A stretch of DNA of 64,000 nt from Schmidtea polychroa (taxonomy: Eukaryota): NCBI GenBank assembly GCA_044892525.1, contig CM097885.1, positions 50,098,001-50,162,000 of the forward strand, given 5' to 3'. Of this stretch, positions 10,697 through 24,590 are shown piece after piece. The stretch's first letter is position 1; each line of letters starts with the position of its first letter. A program made the translations under genes and the position numbers. The notes beneath the pieces were generated by a model, which was not told the DNA's origin, searched no databases, and saw only the letters and a program-made list of their open reading frames with translations.

Positions 10697-12249
10697 TTTT
10701 TATAGAGATATTATCACCTCGTACATTTTCGATTATTGAAATCTTTCCACCATATAATTTCATTTCTATTTTCTTTTCTTCTAATATTAATGTATATACT
10801 TTAGCTTTGAAATTAGAATCCTTTGTTATATGAAGTGTAACATCAACATTATTTATAGCTAGACGATCATCTTGATCTGATACATTTATACAAAATATAG
10901 AATATAAATTTTTGAAATCTTCTAAACTTAATTGTGGTTTAACTTTAAAATCATAACATGTTTCAATATAATTTAGATATGGGAATATGTTTTCATTATT
11001 TTCAATATTAAATTCCATTCTATTTACTGGATAATAAGAACTATTTAATTGAATTTGGATTGATTTTAAATTATCATCTCCAATCTTTTGAATAAACAAG
11101 TTGTTATTTTTTTGGAATGATGAATCTACTTCTTTGAATCCGATCAAGATATATCTCGGTCGGTATGCTAAATTTGCTACTTTTATAGAATATGTTGAAC
11201 CCTCTGTCATACTAAATTCACTACAGATTCTATTTAAATAATTTACATTTATAGATTTGTTGGAATTTAATCTTTCAAGGAGTTTGATTTCAGATTGAGG
11301 ATTTAATGTCCATTCAGGTATATGTAATTCAAATGTTGATAATTTTAATTTAGCTTTTGTATCTGTAGCTCCATAGAATATTGTTTTATCATCTTCTTTT
11401 CTATTACAGATTAATTCTATAAAAACATTATGAAGTACTCGATTATAGTTTTGAAGGAATCCAAATAAGTGTTTTAATTCAAAATAACCTTCAAATCTTT
11501 TAGATTTATAAAGTTCAACTCTTTTATAATAACCATAATTTATATCTAAACCATCTTTATCTAAATCTCCTTTATTAGTATCAGGAATCCAACCTGTTAA
11601 TTCACCATATTCATATTTATAATCACAACCAGTTAAAATAAAATTTAACATTGTAGAATATACTGCCCTCCTTATCAAATAGACCGTAACTGCAAAAATA
11701 CACTTAGGAGATAAATAACAAAACGTGTTTTCAATTCTGCCAACCAGTTAACCTAAACCAATCATCCATTTATATTTGTTATTATATCGGACTAGATACG
11801 GTCTTATCGCTAAGCAGAATGAAGGTTAATTGCAACTGCATACAGTTGACGCCTCTAACTCGATTTTTGTAGTTTTGTCAGTTACGGTCTATTTGATAAG
11901 GAGGGCAGTATACTCCTGGATATAAAATACTTTCAATTTCTGATGATCCTAGTTTTAATCTCATGTTGTTGAATAAACTTGGAAAGAAATTATTTTCTAG
12001 AGTTATATCTTTATTTGCTTCAATTTCTAATTCAATTTTATAATATAATCTTGTATTACAAATATCTATTTGGTTTGAGGTTTGAAGGGATTGAAAAACT
12101 ATATCACCTCCACGATTTAAGTTTGCAATCGATCCTGACGTAGGGGATATTTTTAAAATATCATTTTTCTTGATTTCATGAGTAAATTCTTTATTATAAT
12201 CAAGATTTAATTTATTTTTTTCTGAAATCTCAAGATTTATATTATTCAT
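10683..12249 (-). pseudogene. Major capsid protein (double jelly-roll), virus A, interrupted by a MITE
   Basis: Removing 11663-11912 joins ..ILYPGVY|STMLNF.. into a 438-aa ORF with RPRYILIGF, QLNSSYYP and YSIFCINVSDQ. Confidence 0.88.
11663..11908. mobile_element. 246-bp MITE with 30-bp TIRs and a 4-bp TATA TSD
   Basis: CTGCCCTCCTTATCAAATAGACCGTAACTG at both ends; TATA at 11659-62 and 11909-12. Confidence 0.92.
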
Positions 12250-12301
12250 TTTTTTATTTATAAATTAGCAAACTGCGCTACTTGCTATTAGTAGTGTTAG
12301 A

Positions 12302-12498
12302 ACTATACACCTGAGCGCACCCTCATCTCTTCCCTTTCCATCGGGCTCGGACAGAGGGCTTTGCAGTGATTGTTTTGGATTTTTTCGGTTAAAAAATATT
12401 AAAACGTGTAAAAAAACAACAGTTTTTTTATATTAAAGGGTAATAATTGAGGGCTTTGGAATTGGACGCTTTGCGGTGGGTGTGCTCAGGTGTATAGT
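12302..12498. repeat. 21-bp inverted repeat pair (possible MITE)
   Basis: ACTATACACCTGAGCGCACCC / GGGTGTGCTCAGGTGTATAGT, 1 mismatch; no clear TSD. Confidence 0.6.
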
Positions 12499-12618
12499 GA
12501 CTTACATTATATCGAAATAATTCCAAATAACTTCATGAAATTTCATAAAAATCCTAAAAACCTTAAAATTTAATTATAATTTATAATAAAATTGTTGATA
12601 AAACGTAATATTTAAGAG

Positions 12619-13118
12619 CTTGAATAATGATCTCATATCTATACGGATCAAAATTCAAGTCTTAAAATTTACTTTAAATAAAAAAAATTACTTGAAAGCC
12701 ATTTCTAGAATGGCAAAAATAGATAATCATAAATTAACTATTTCATCAGAAATACATAATGGTAACATTGTAATTGTTTGAAAATCCATCTGAAACTGAA
12801 TATATTCCATCACAAATTATGACGCATCTATAATATGGGTTGTACACACCAATATTATAGATGCGTTTACACCAAACACTACTGAGAAACATTCTCTATA
12901 GTGGGGATTGGCGTGTAGAGCAATTTCTCGCTCACCGATTCATTTACTCATCATCACTTTTTATTCACATTTATTCATTCATCATGGATTTGAAATTTAT
13001 TTGGAAATTTATTTTAACCATTTTACAAATGACTTTCAGGTAAGATGTTAAATTTAAAGTAAATTTTAAGACTTGAATTTTGATCCATATAGATCCATAT
13101 ATGAGGTCATTATTCAAG
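12619..13118. repeat. ~60-bp inverted repeat pair (degraded MITE-like)
   Basis: 12619-12679 matches the reverse complement of 13052-13118 with a small indel. Confidence 0.7.
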
Positions 13119-13229
13119 TTCATTTTCAAGAACTTTTTTTAATTTGCACCATTGATTTCTTTTCAATTGGCATTGTAGTTATTAAAAAAACTTGGTATCA
13201 GGTATATTTTTATAAATAAAGCATTAAGG

Positions 13230-13500
13230 TTTACTTGTATTTTCCCAGATAGATCAATCAAAACACTTAGTGTTGTTGTAGCAGGTAGCATAATTTATTC
13301 CGACGAATGGCCTGCTTATAAGGCACTAGTCAACAATGATGAATACGAATATTCCACTGTTTGTCATGAATACAATTTTGTGAATCCTGAAACTGGCGTG
13401 AATACCCAACACGTTATAAAATCGACTAAAGATGAAGATCAAAGCAATGAAAGGCATGACAACAAATAAACGAAATAGTTTTTTGAAGAAATTTATGTTT
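13230..13500 (+). pseudogene. Merlin/IS1595-like transposase remnant
   Basis: PDRSIKTL..GSIIYSDEWPAY..TVCHEYNFVNPETGVNTQ. Confidence 0.8.
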
Positions 13501-14221
13501 AGAAAAAAAATAAAGAAGACTCGGTTTTTTCATTTTTTCAATTACTTACTAATTAAAATAAATGAAAAAATAAAAATAAATGTATTTCTTCTTCATTTAA
13601 TTTATATAAAAATAATCTTGTGTTTCATTCGAAGGGGGAAACATATCTGATCTAAAACCTGACTATAAATCATTAAAGATATTTGTTTTTTTGATATTCA
13701 CGAATTTTCGACACTGCCTTTTTCAAGTGTTTTTTTTAATATAATATTAATAAACTATAATGCACCAAGTATTTTTCTATATTTTCTTGCTCACAAATTA
13801 ATTTTTCTGACGAGTCATCTTGTTCTATATTTCCTTCCTTGACGTTAGTGCAGTCAAGAGCAGAAAGAGAGGAAGACTCAACATGATAAATCACTATCAA
13901 TACTGCTACAATTATTATTATTATTATATTTTTTATTATTGCTATTATTACTATTACTCATTTTATTATCATTATTATTATTATTATTTTAAACAATTAA
14001 ATGATAATTTAAGCCTTTTGCTGCGAATAATGTATTTAATACAAATAAAAAAAGTTCAACTATAAGATAGTCCTTGTTAATTTCCTGGAATTTGGTTTCT
14101 TCTATTTTCAAAATGCTTTTTGATCTTCTCTTTTATTTCCTTTTTCTTACTTCTCATTGGTTAAAAATAATAATAATATCTCGCTGAGCCACATTGAATG
14201 TATGAATGAATGAATAAAGGT

Positions 14222-14317
14222 ATTAAGTTTGAAATTAAATATCCGGAAGAAGGTGGATCCCTCAATCTACTTGATTTAAAAATTAAAATAGAAGCAGATA
14301 CTCCAACATACGGGTGA
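14222..14317 (+). pseudogene. Possible Penelope-like RT fragment
   Basis: IKFEIKYPEEGGSLNLLDLKI resembles the PLE RT thumb motif. Confidence 0.4.
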
Positions 14318-16142
14318 ACAAATCAAATCTAATTAGACTAAACATCAAGTTTTTATTTACATCAATTATCATTGCTTGACTCCAAATTTTTAAAAAAACA
14401 AAGGATGTTCTAGAGTTTGACCATTTTTTGAAATACCAGCTTCAAATTCTCCAATAACCTTCAGACCCTTTCCTTTTCGATAGAAGGCTTTTGTATACAC
14501 CCACTGCTTAGCAAGCACTGTATCGCAACATTTGATTGCAGATGATCCCAAGTTTATTTTTAAATCACAATGAGCCATATTCAAATATAATTTTACGACC
14601 TGACCATATCAAATATTCTCCTCGTCATCAGTCACTAACGGTATAGCATATAATATATCCAATCCACGTAAATACTGATTGAGTGCAATTCCATAACGTT
14701 TGTTTCGAATTGCCATAATTTCGACATTGAAAAACTAATTTAATAATTTCATAATAATCCTTCAACAATCAATACTAAAGACTATCTTTTATTTTTTTCT
14801 CGACCACTACTTCTGATTTCATTAAGAAGACTTTTGCTTTTATAGTCCACACTTGTCCTACACTTGTCATAATTCATCTTTTCATTCCTGTCTCTTTATA
14901 TTTTGTACAGCTCCTGTATTGTCACTGACAGTTCGGCAATCGGGACAATTTGTCATTTTCTTCGTTTCTGCCTCTGGCATTACCCATAACTTTTTCTATT
15001 TCCCACGTTATCTTTAAAAGTTCTGAGACTCTGATTTTGTTTTCGTGTTTTGTTTAAGTTTTCCAATTTTGGAATTCCTTTTTACTTTCTTTCACTTATT
15101 AATTATAAGTGACCTTTCACCGCTTTATTGTTGAATTTCTTTTGTTTTGTTGATCCTATCTCATTTCTCAATTTTTTCCTTTCTGTTTTCTTCTTCAAGT
15201 TTCAGAATGCTATCTCAATCACCCTATTGGTTTCCACCAAGTTATTCTAATTGTTTATTTATTATTTAGGTATCATCAACAAAAAAAAGGTTAAAAATTA
15301 AATTAAAAAATTTTTTAAAGTTTTTAAACCCCCTTCCCCTCCATTTTAAAAAAATTATGGGGTGAAGGGTCTTTTTTTCCTACTTTCCCTCTACTATTTC
15401 AAACTTTCTCACTATAATGCGATAAAACCAAAATACAAAACTGCACTTTTGCACATTTCTGCACTATAAAATCAATATTAGAATTTTTATCAATGCCTGT
15501 GACTAAATATAGGAATATGTTTCAGTGCAAAATTATTGAAGAGTAAGAACGATATATAACATGTCAATTCTAGTGGACTTAAACCAATATTACGATTCCA
15601 TCTACCATTTATATTTACTAGCTACGAACAGCCGGTTCTTTAATTTTTAATCCTTTCGTTTGACTTTCTACCAGGGACACCAAGCGAAATGCAAAAATCA
15701 AAAATTGATGAAAATATGATTTAGTTCTTGCTTTAGTATTGTTAGCATTACTACGTGTCCTAGAATATCCTGCAATAATAAGTCCAAATATTGTTTGATA
15801 ATCCTTTGATAATATTCCAATTGCATATTTAATGGTATTGTTTGGGGTAAATTATCCCAATAAGGAGAAATGGGTTAGGGTAAATACAACATTCAAATTT
15901 GTCGTAATACTATAAAATTTTATTTTGTTTTGCAATTATAGAAATTGTTATAAATCATAGTTATTATCGTTTAGATAAATAATTACCTCGCTTGTTTTCT
16001 TTCATTATGCACGTAAACATTTGTTTGTTTTTCGAAACATCAACAAATATTTGTAAAATTATAAATATTAAAGGAAAATATTGTCATAATCAAAAACTCG
16101 TGCGAAATTATTAAAGGTTTTTAAAAATTTAACTAAATTCCC

Positions 16143-16264
<122 letters not shown>

Positions 16265-16952
16265 TGTTAAATGTTTACTCTTAGTTTGTGTCCAATTTGT
16301 ATAGATTATTTAAGAAATTTGATGAGCCCGAAAGAGTCTCCGTTAAAACTTGTGGCGGGACAATCCGGGTGCGTGTGTATTTAAGAAATTATGACACCCC
16401 AAATAAAATATATAATAAAATTAACAATAACCGTTATAAACGATAACAATTTTATTAAAGAAATAATATATATATATATAAAATAATCGACCTGAAACCT
16501 CGGCTCATAGAAATTGGACAAGTCTTTATAATTTTCTTTTTTATCTTTTTCGGGATTTTATTCTTGAATTGTTAATGTTTGATAATATTCCTTTTAATAT
16601 TTTTCAGAACTTTAATCTCGAATTGTTTAGGTTTTATAATTTTCTTTTTTATCTTTTTCGGAACTTTGTTCTTGAGTATCTTAAGATTAATCTTCTATAT
16701 AACTTTCTGTTTTCTGGGATATTTAAATTTCTAAATCGATTTTTTTTATTTTGTCAATTTTTACTATAATAATAATAATAATAATAATAATTATTACTAT
16801 AGTAAATTATCGCTATATAGTTTTTTTAATAATTTTAGTTTCAAGAAATTGAGAACGCCAAAACAGAAGTAAAAATAAAACCTAATTGAGGGTCTGTTTT
16901 GGTTCGTAATGATATTTAAAAAATGTAAAATTCTACTACATAACTTCCCCCT

Positions 16953-19613
16953 TTAAAACCGGAATGGGCCTTCGTATTTGGAATCGAATCCTTTTGTGAA
17001 TGGTTTTTTTATTAAGATGAAATCCGTTGTTAATACTGTTTTTCCGTCAAATTCTGAGTCCGGTCTCCTTTTTAAAATTCCTTTTGGTTTCTGTTCGGTG
17101 GTTTCGCTATTTTTGTTTGTTATTGGTTTGATGTTTTCAGTGTTTTTGTTTGTATCTGGTTTAAGTGATGGCAAGTTTGTTACTTTTCCGAAAACCTTGT
17201 ATGCTGGACTTTCATTATCTAATGAGTTTGGGCTGTTTCTTAGTCCGATTAGTATAGTGGGTAGTTTATTTAACCAGGTTTGATCGTTGGCTTTTGTTCT
17301 GATGCTTTCTTTTAATGTTCTGTGGATCCGTTCAATTTTCCCGTTTGATTGTGGGTTGTAAGCTGTTGTTCGGTTCCTTTTGATGTTGTATTTGTTACAG
17401 AGTATTTTGAACATTTCTGACTCGAACTGTCTGCCTTGGTCAGTTATGATTGCTTTTGGTTGGCCATAACGAGCTATCCAATTTAATTCAATCATTTCAC
17501 AGATAATTTTCGCGCTGATTTCTTTTATTGGGATTACTTCGAACCAGTTGGATTTCCTGTATATAATTGTTAGGAGGTATTTGTAGTTGTCGTTTGGTGG
17601 TAATGGTCCTACCACATCTGTGTGTATTGTTTCAAATATTTCGCTGCTTGGGAAGTTTACTTTTTGTGTTTTGAGTTTTTTTGTTGTTTTGTTTAGTTGA
17701 TAGCTGTGACAACTCTTGACGTGGTTTTTGATATCTTTCCGCATGTTAGGCCATATATAGTTGTTATGTATTAGCTCGAATGTTACTTTGTTTCCCGGGT
17801 GATTAATCATGTGTATCTTTTCGATACAGTTTTGGCGGAATTCCTCCGGGAGTAATATTCGTTTGTTGCTTTCGTTGGAGATGTCGTGCCATACTCCGTT
17901 GAGTTCTTGTAGTTTCAAACTGTGTTTAGTGGGGAGTTTATTAATTGTTTCGTTTTGTTTGGAATATTTTGTGAATATTTTGAAGTTTCGTCCTTCAAGA
18001 AAATGTTGGAAGTGTTTGATTGCTTCGTGTATTGGCAGGAGTTCTCTGTCGAATGTTGAGTATCTTGTTTGGTGTGATTTTAGTTTTTTAGAGAAGAATC
18101 CTAGTGGTTGTTTGCCGTATTTGTTTTCCTGGAAAATTGTTGCGCCCATTGCAAAACCTGAACAGTCTGTTGTTAGTTGGTAATCTAGCTCTGGATCTGG
18201 GTAACCGAGTAATGTTGCCGTTGAAAGGCTTTTTTGGCTTTCTCGAAAGTTTCGGTTGTTCGGTGTGTCCAGTTTATTATGACATTCCGTTTTGTTTTGA
18301 TAAGGTCGTTTAGTGTGCTAGTAATTTACTGCAGTTTGGGATGTAAGAATGATAAAAGTTTACCATTCCTAGAAATCTCCTCAACTCTCTTGTGTTTGTC
18401 GGCAGTTTGTAATTTTTTATGCTGTTTATTTTGTTTTCAATTGGTTGTGTTCCTTTGTTGTTTAGTGTGTGACCAAGGAAGTTTATTTCTGTTTTCATAA
18501 ATTCACATTTTTGTGTGTTTATTTTCAATTTTGCTTTGTTCAGCGTTTCGAATACTTTTTCTACGTCTTTTAAATGAGTTGCTTTATCTGGGCTTGTAAT
18601 TAGAATGTCGTCTAGGTAAGCAATTGTGTTTTTGTTGTTTTTCATTGTTTGGTCCATGAATCGTTGGAAAGTTGCTGCGGCATCTCGTAGACCGAAGGGC
18701 ATTCTATTGTACTCGAACATTCCTATCGGTGTTGTTATTGCTGTTTTTTTTACGTCTTCTTTTCTGATGGGGATCTGATGATATGCCTTTTGTAGATCAA
18801 TTTTTGAAAAGTATTTAGCGCCGTTTAATCGGTTTATTATGTCTTTTATAATAGGTAATGGGTAGCTGTCTGGCTCTGTTATTTTATTCAGTAGTCTGTA
18901 ATCACCACAGGCTCTCCAATCGCCATTAGCTTTTTGTTTTAGCATTAGTGCTGAAGACCATTCAGAGTTTGAATGTCTGACTATGTTGTTTTCCAATAGT
19001 TCGTTGAAGATGTTTTTTGTGATTTCTATTTTTTTGGGATCCAGTGGTCTTACTTTTGCATGTACTGGATTTCCATTTGTCAGTATTGCGTGTTCGGTGG
19101 TTTGTTCTGATTTGTCGTCGAATTGGACTGGTTCCATTAATTCTTTGTATCGTTCTAGGATTTTGTTGATTTCTGGTGTAATTTTTTCTAGGTTAGTTTT
19201 GTTGTTTGTGTTTAAAGTTACCACGCCTATGTCTATTTTTGGTTTCTCTCTGTTGCTAATGATGTGTTGTTATGTTGTTGTATCGGTATTTTCTAGTATT
19301 TGTTTGTTTTTGCAATCCACTAGGGGGTTGTATTTTTTTAGGAAATCTGCTCCTATTATTGCTTGTTGAACGTCAGCTATTGTGAATGTCCAGTTGTAAT
19401 TTTTTTGTTTATATTCAGATTTAGTGTTTGTTGTCCGAATGTTATGATGCTTGTTCTGTTGGCTGCTGTTAACGGTTTATCTGCAGTTTTTGTATTTTTA
19501 TACATGTAATGTGGCAGTAATGAGATCACCGAACCGGTGTCTATTAGAAAATCGGTGTTATTTGTGTGCACCCAAAATGTATTGTTTTTGCCACCTAATA
19601 TGGGTGCTATCAT
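16953..19613 (-). pseudogene. pol of Gypsy 1 (protease, RT, partial RNase H, integrase)
   Basis: LIDTGS; MPFGL, YLDD; HPG..CHSY, HTDVVGP, TDQGRQFES, NGKIERIH. Several frameshifts. Confidence 0.92.
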
Positions 19614-19619
19614 TAGTGG

Positions 19620-20777
19620 CTTTTTTAGTTTTCCTGCTCTGTTTTATGATAGTCGCAGGGTTTTACGCATTTGTATGCTTTGTCGCCAAATTTGTTATGA
19701 AAGTAGCAGTGTTTTTTGTTTAAGAAATCATTTCTTGATTCCCTTTCTGGGCTGCTGTTTCTGTAATTCTTGTATCAGTTTGGGGAGTTTGACCGGTTTC
19801 TGTAGTGGCTGTTTGGGGATTGTCTGTGGCTATAGTTCTGTCTGTTGTTTCCGTTAGGTGGTCGGTCATAGTTTTGTCTGTTGTGATTATATGATAGTTG
19901 GTCTGTGTTGAAATTTTTCGGTTGAATAGGTCTCTGTCTTCGTTTGGATTGAAATTTTGCCTGTTGTATTTCTCTTTTATTTCGGCTAGTTCCGCTTTTA
20001 TTTGTCTGTTTTCGACAATTATTTCGTCGAATTTGCTGATCAAAGTGTTTATTAATCGGTTTGTTGTTTCATTTGGTTCGGTGTTTTTTTTTATTGGTTG
20101 GTTGTTGTGATTAGTTTTATTTCTGTTGTATTTTATCTTATATCGTTTATTTTATCCGCTATGTCAGCGAGTGTTTCGACGTCAGCATTACTGCTAGCAG
20201 CTAGGATTCGTCTAATTTCCGGTGGCATAGCGCGCATGAAGAATTCTTTCACCAATTCGTTGGAACCGGAGTTTGTTATGTTTGGTTGTAGATACTCCAG
20301 TTTTTGTTTTAATTGTCGTAGGAAATCTGTGGGCTTGTTGTCCCCTAACTGTGTTTTGTTGAGGCATGACTCTAGCATTTGCTTTCTGTTGACCTTGTTT
20401 TTGTTGGTCAATATGTTACACAGTTTTGTAAAAGGGTCGTCGTCTTTTGATATTTCATCAATTTGATCGGCGATTTCGTTTAATTTGTTTCTTGGTAGTG
20501 CCGCTATTATGTTGGAGCATAGGGATTTTGTTGACTTGACTCCCGATAGCGTTATGGTTAGTTTCGCGAATTCTAACCATTTTTGCGGTGTTCCGTTGTC
20601 ATCTGTGAAATAGTTGGGGATGTTTGTTTTTGGGTTGATTATTGAATTAATGGTATGTGTGTTTTCGGTGTTGGTGTTTGGGTTGTAGTAATAATTCGAA
20701 TTTTCCCTCATGTGTGTGTTTTCTTCATTATTGGGTGTTAGTGAAGTGTTTGTTGGGTTTGTTTGGTTTGATGCCAT
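19620..20777 (-). pseudogene. gag of Gypsy 1 (broken)
   Basis: QLGDNKPTDFLRQL..FMRAMPPEIRRIL..LADIADKI; stops and frameshifts downstream. Confidence 0.75.
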
Positions 20778-21178
20778 TATTTGTTTTGTTGCTGTTTTTT
20801 ATTGCTTGTTGTGCGAAAAAAATAGTGGTTTGTTTGAAGGATATGGCCTACTGTGTTCGGCCAACAGTGTCACTAGCCTTTATAGTTCTATAATAACTAT
20901 ACTGAAAGGTTTCGTGATTGAAAGAAAACGTCGAATGCGTGTGTGCTGTATATATTTTTTACTTCTGACACCAGTTATTATGTTAAATGTTTACTCTTAG
21001 TTTGTGTCCAATTTGTATAGATTATTTAAGAAATTTGATTAGCCCGAAAGAGTCTCCGTTAAAACTTGTGGCGGGACAATCGGGGTGCGTGTGTATTTAA
21101 GAAATTATGACACCCCAAATAAAATATATAATAAAATTAACAATAACCGTTATAAACGATAACAATTTTTATTAAAGA

Positions 21179-21342
<164 letters not shown>

Positions 21343-21764
21343 ATCGACCTGAAACCTCGGCTCATAGAAATTGGACAAGTCTTTATAATTTTCTTTTTTA
21401 TCTTTTTCGGGATTTTATTCTTGAATTGTTAATGTTTGATAATATTCCTTTTAATATTTTTCAGAACTTTAATCTCGAATTGTTTAGGTTTTATAATTTT
21501 CTTTTTTATCTTTTTCGGAACTTTGTTCTTGAGTATCTTAAGATTAATCTTCTATATAACTTTCTGTTTTCTGGGATATTTAAATTTCTAAATCGATTTT
21601 TTTTATTTTGTCAATTTTTACTATAGTAAATTATCGCTATATAGATTTTTTAATAATTTTAGTTTCAGGAAATTGAGAACGCGAAAACAGAAGTAAAAAT
21701 AAAACCTAATTGAGGTTCTGTTTTGGTTCGTAATGATATTTAAAAAATGTAAAATTCTACTACA

Positions 21765-21796
21765 ATAATAATAATAATAATAATAAAAATAATAAT

Positions 21797-21891
<95 letters not shown>
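21765..21891. repeat. (AAT)n microsatellite
   Basis: Seen directly. Confidence 0.95.
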
Positions 21892-21893
<2 letters not shown>

Positions 21894-22047
21894 CAAAACC
21901 TGCTGAGTCTTTGAAAAGCAAAAATTGATATTGGATTGTAAAATTTTTCAGAATGACTAATTTTTTTATTTATTTCGAATTGAAAATATTTTAATTATTT
22001 TTAATTTTGTTTAAAATTTTTAAAATTTTATTAAATTGCTTAAAAAA

Positions 22048-24442
22048 ATGACAAAAGCCGATATTGGACTGATTGGGTTGGCAGTGATGGGACAAAATCT
22101 CGTATTGAATATGAATGAAAAAGGATTTACGGTAATTTTGGGTTATTAAAATAATTACTCAGTTGAAATTTAATAATAAAAGGTTTGTGTTTTTAATCGA
22201 ACTGTAGCTACTGTCGATCATTTTTTGAATCACGAAGCTAAGAACACAAATGTAATTGGAGCGAAATCATTGGAAGAATTAATAGGCAATTTAAAGTCAC
22301 CGAGAAAAATAATTTTGCTAGTCAAAGCTGGGACTCCTGTTGATGATTTCATTGAAAAATTGGTACGTGTTTGAAAAGAGTTCATAAAATTATAATATTT
22401 TTTAATTATTAGATAAAGAATTATGAATTAAAACAAAAGTTTTCTGATTAAATGGTTAAAACAATTTTTCAACATAATTTCTCGTCTGAATAGTTTAGAA
22501 TTAAAAATTAAATTTATTTCTTTCTGCTAGAGATTTCGAGTTTTATTATTTTATTGTTTACAATTTGTTATATCGAATCTTTGCATTCTTCTTTTCAGAT
22601 TTCTAAAATATATTGCATTAAATAAAAACAAAAACAGGTAGGCGAAAATATTAAATCTTTCGGTTGGTACAAATGTACAAATTCTATACAAATGTTTTAC
22701 AGTACCTACAAATTTTATGAATTGATTACTTTAAATACAACTAAAATTATTAATGAAATAATTAAGTAATTATTATATAATATCTAATTAATAAATGTTT
22801 GCGTTATTTAATTCATTTGTTATCATTTTGTAAATTACATAACCGATTTTTAGATACCTCTTCTAAGTTCTGGTGATATAATAATCGATGGAGGAAATTC
22901 CGAATATAATGACTCTACGAGAAGATGTCGACAATTAGCTGAAAAGAATATTTTATTTGTTGGATCTGGTGTAAGTGGAGGCGAAGAAGGAGCAAGACAT
23001 GGGCCGAGTCTCATGCCTGGTGGAAACATCGAAGCATGGTAAAGAAGTCTCCGTTTGATATTTACATAATCAATTGATAATTCAGGAAACATATTCAACC
23101 GATTTTTCAAGCAATTGCTGCGAAAGTAGGAGATAATGAACCTTGTTGTGATTGGGTGGGATTGGAAGGTTCAGGACATTTTGTGAAAATGGTCCACAAT
23201 GGAATCGAATATGGAGATATGCAGTTAATTTGTGAAGCGTATCATTTGATGAGAGATTTATTGCATATGGGAAATGATGAGATATCGGCGGTAAATAGTA
23301 ATAAGAGCGTTTGTAGAATTTATTTCACACTTTATTATTTAGACATTTGATGCTTGGAACAAAAGTGAACTTGAATCATTTCTCATCGAGATCACAACTA
23401 TTGTAACAAAGTTTCAAAATGCAAATGGAAAATATTTGCTAGATCAAATTTATGATTCGGCCGGTCAAGTAATAAATAAATAAATTTTTTATTTTTTATT
23501 AAAACACATTTTTAGAAGGGTACGGGGAAATGGACAGCGATCAACGCGTTAGATCTAGGAGTTCCTGTAACACTTATTGGTAACTTTTGTTTTCTGTGAA
23601 ATATTCATTTGTAATGGATGATGTATTACAGCTGAAAGTGTTTTTGCTCGTTGCTTATCTGCATTGAAATCGATTCGAATTGAAGCTAGTAAGAGATTTC
23701 CATCGAATGGCAATCATGATTTCACCGGAAACAAAGATGAATTCCTCAATGACCTGAAACTGGTAATGGTTGATGGAATGAGAGTGATATTTGGTTGACT
23801 TTTTTTCTTGATAACAGGCGTTATATGCAAGCAAGATCATTTCATACACCCAAGGATTCATGATGATGAAAACGGCATCGGATCAGTATAAATGGAGTTT
23901 GAATTTAGGAAAAATTGCTTTGATGTGGCGAGGGGGATGCATTATAAGAAGGTAATAAGAGCATGATAAATCCCAATCTAATATTTGATACTGATATTTA
24001 ATTACAGCCAATTTCTGCAAAACATCAAAGAAGCTTATGAAAAAGATGAAAATTTGTCTGTCCTTCTATTTGATGAATATTTTCAAAAGGAAATTTTAAA
24101 ATGTCAAGTAATGATTGATGAAAAGATTAGATAATTCCATTGAATTACTTTATAAGGCAAGTTGGAGAAAAGTTGTGTCTACTGCAGTGTTGAAAGGTTT
24201 ACCTACCCCTGCATTTTCATCAGCTCTTGCGTTTTATGATGGATTACGAAGAGAAAAATTACCTGCAAATCTATTACAAGTGAATTTATTAGAAAGCGAG
24301 ATAATTGAATTTAATTTTGTAGGCGCAAAGAGACTTATTCGGTGCCCACCAATATCAACTATTGGATAATCCGAACGCGTATCACCATTGCAATTGGACC
24401 GGAACGAGTGGATCAGCCGCTGCTTCAACCTATGAAGCATAA
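22048..24442 (+). CDS. PGD: 6-phosphogluconate dehydrogenase, copy 1 (11 exons, 483 aa)
   Basis: Exons 22048-22131, 22183-22362, 22854-23038, 23086-23290, 23343-23468, 23516-23579, 23632-23762, 23818-23951, 24008-24107, 24157-24279, 24323-24442; all introns GT-AG. Motifs [55 protein letters not shown] at 24452. Confidence 0.97.
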
Positions 24443-24590
24443 TTTCTTTGAAATAAAGTTGATTTTGTATTTTATAACTGGTTTGCAATAGTAGAAATAA
24501 TGGCTAACAATTAATTTTAAAACTGATTGATAGTATGCATAAATGTCTTTAAAAATATTTTTACTATTTTTCAATCAATTATATTAAATT

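Larger units (their letters stand above)
1..12280. mobile_element. Polinton/Maverick-like endogenous virus A (degraded; continues left of the window; right terminus not seen)
   Basis: Tightly packed pPolB C-terminus, penton, adenain protease, packaging ATPase, rve integrase, PLA2 and major capsid. Contains several stops/frameshifts and two TE insertions. Confidence 0.95.

Noticed and set aside
12290..12300. AGTAGT as the terminus of virus A
   Set aside because: Wrong orientation for a right end (expected ..ACTACT), and no TIR partner is visible.
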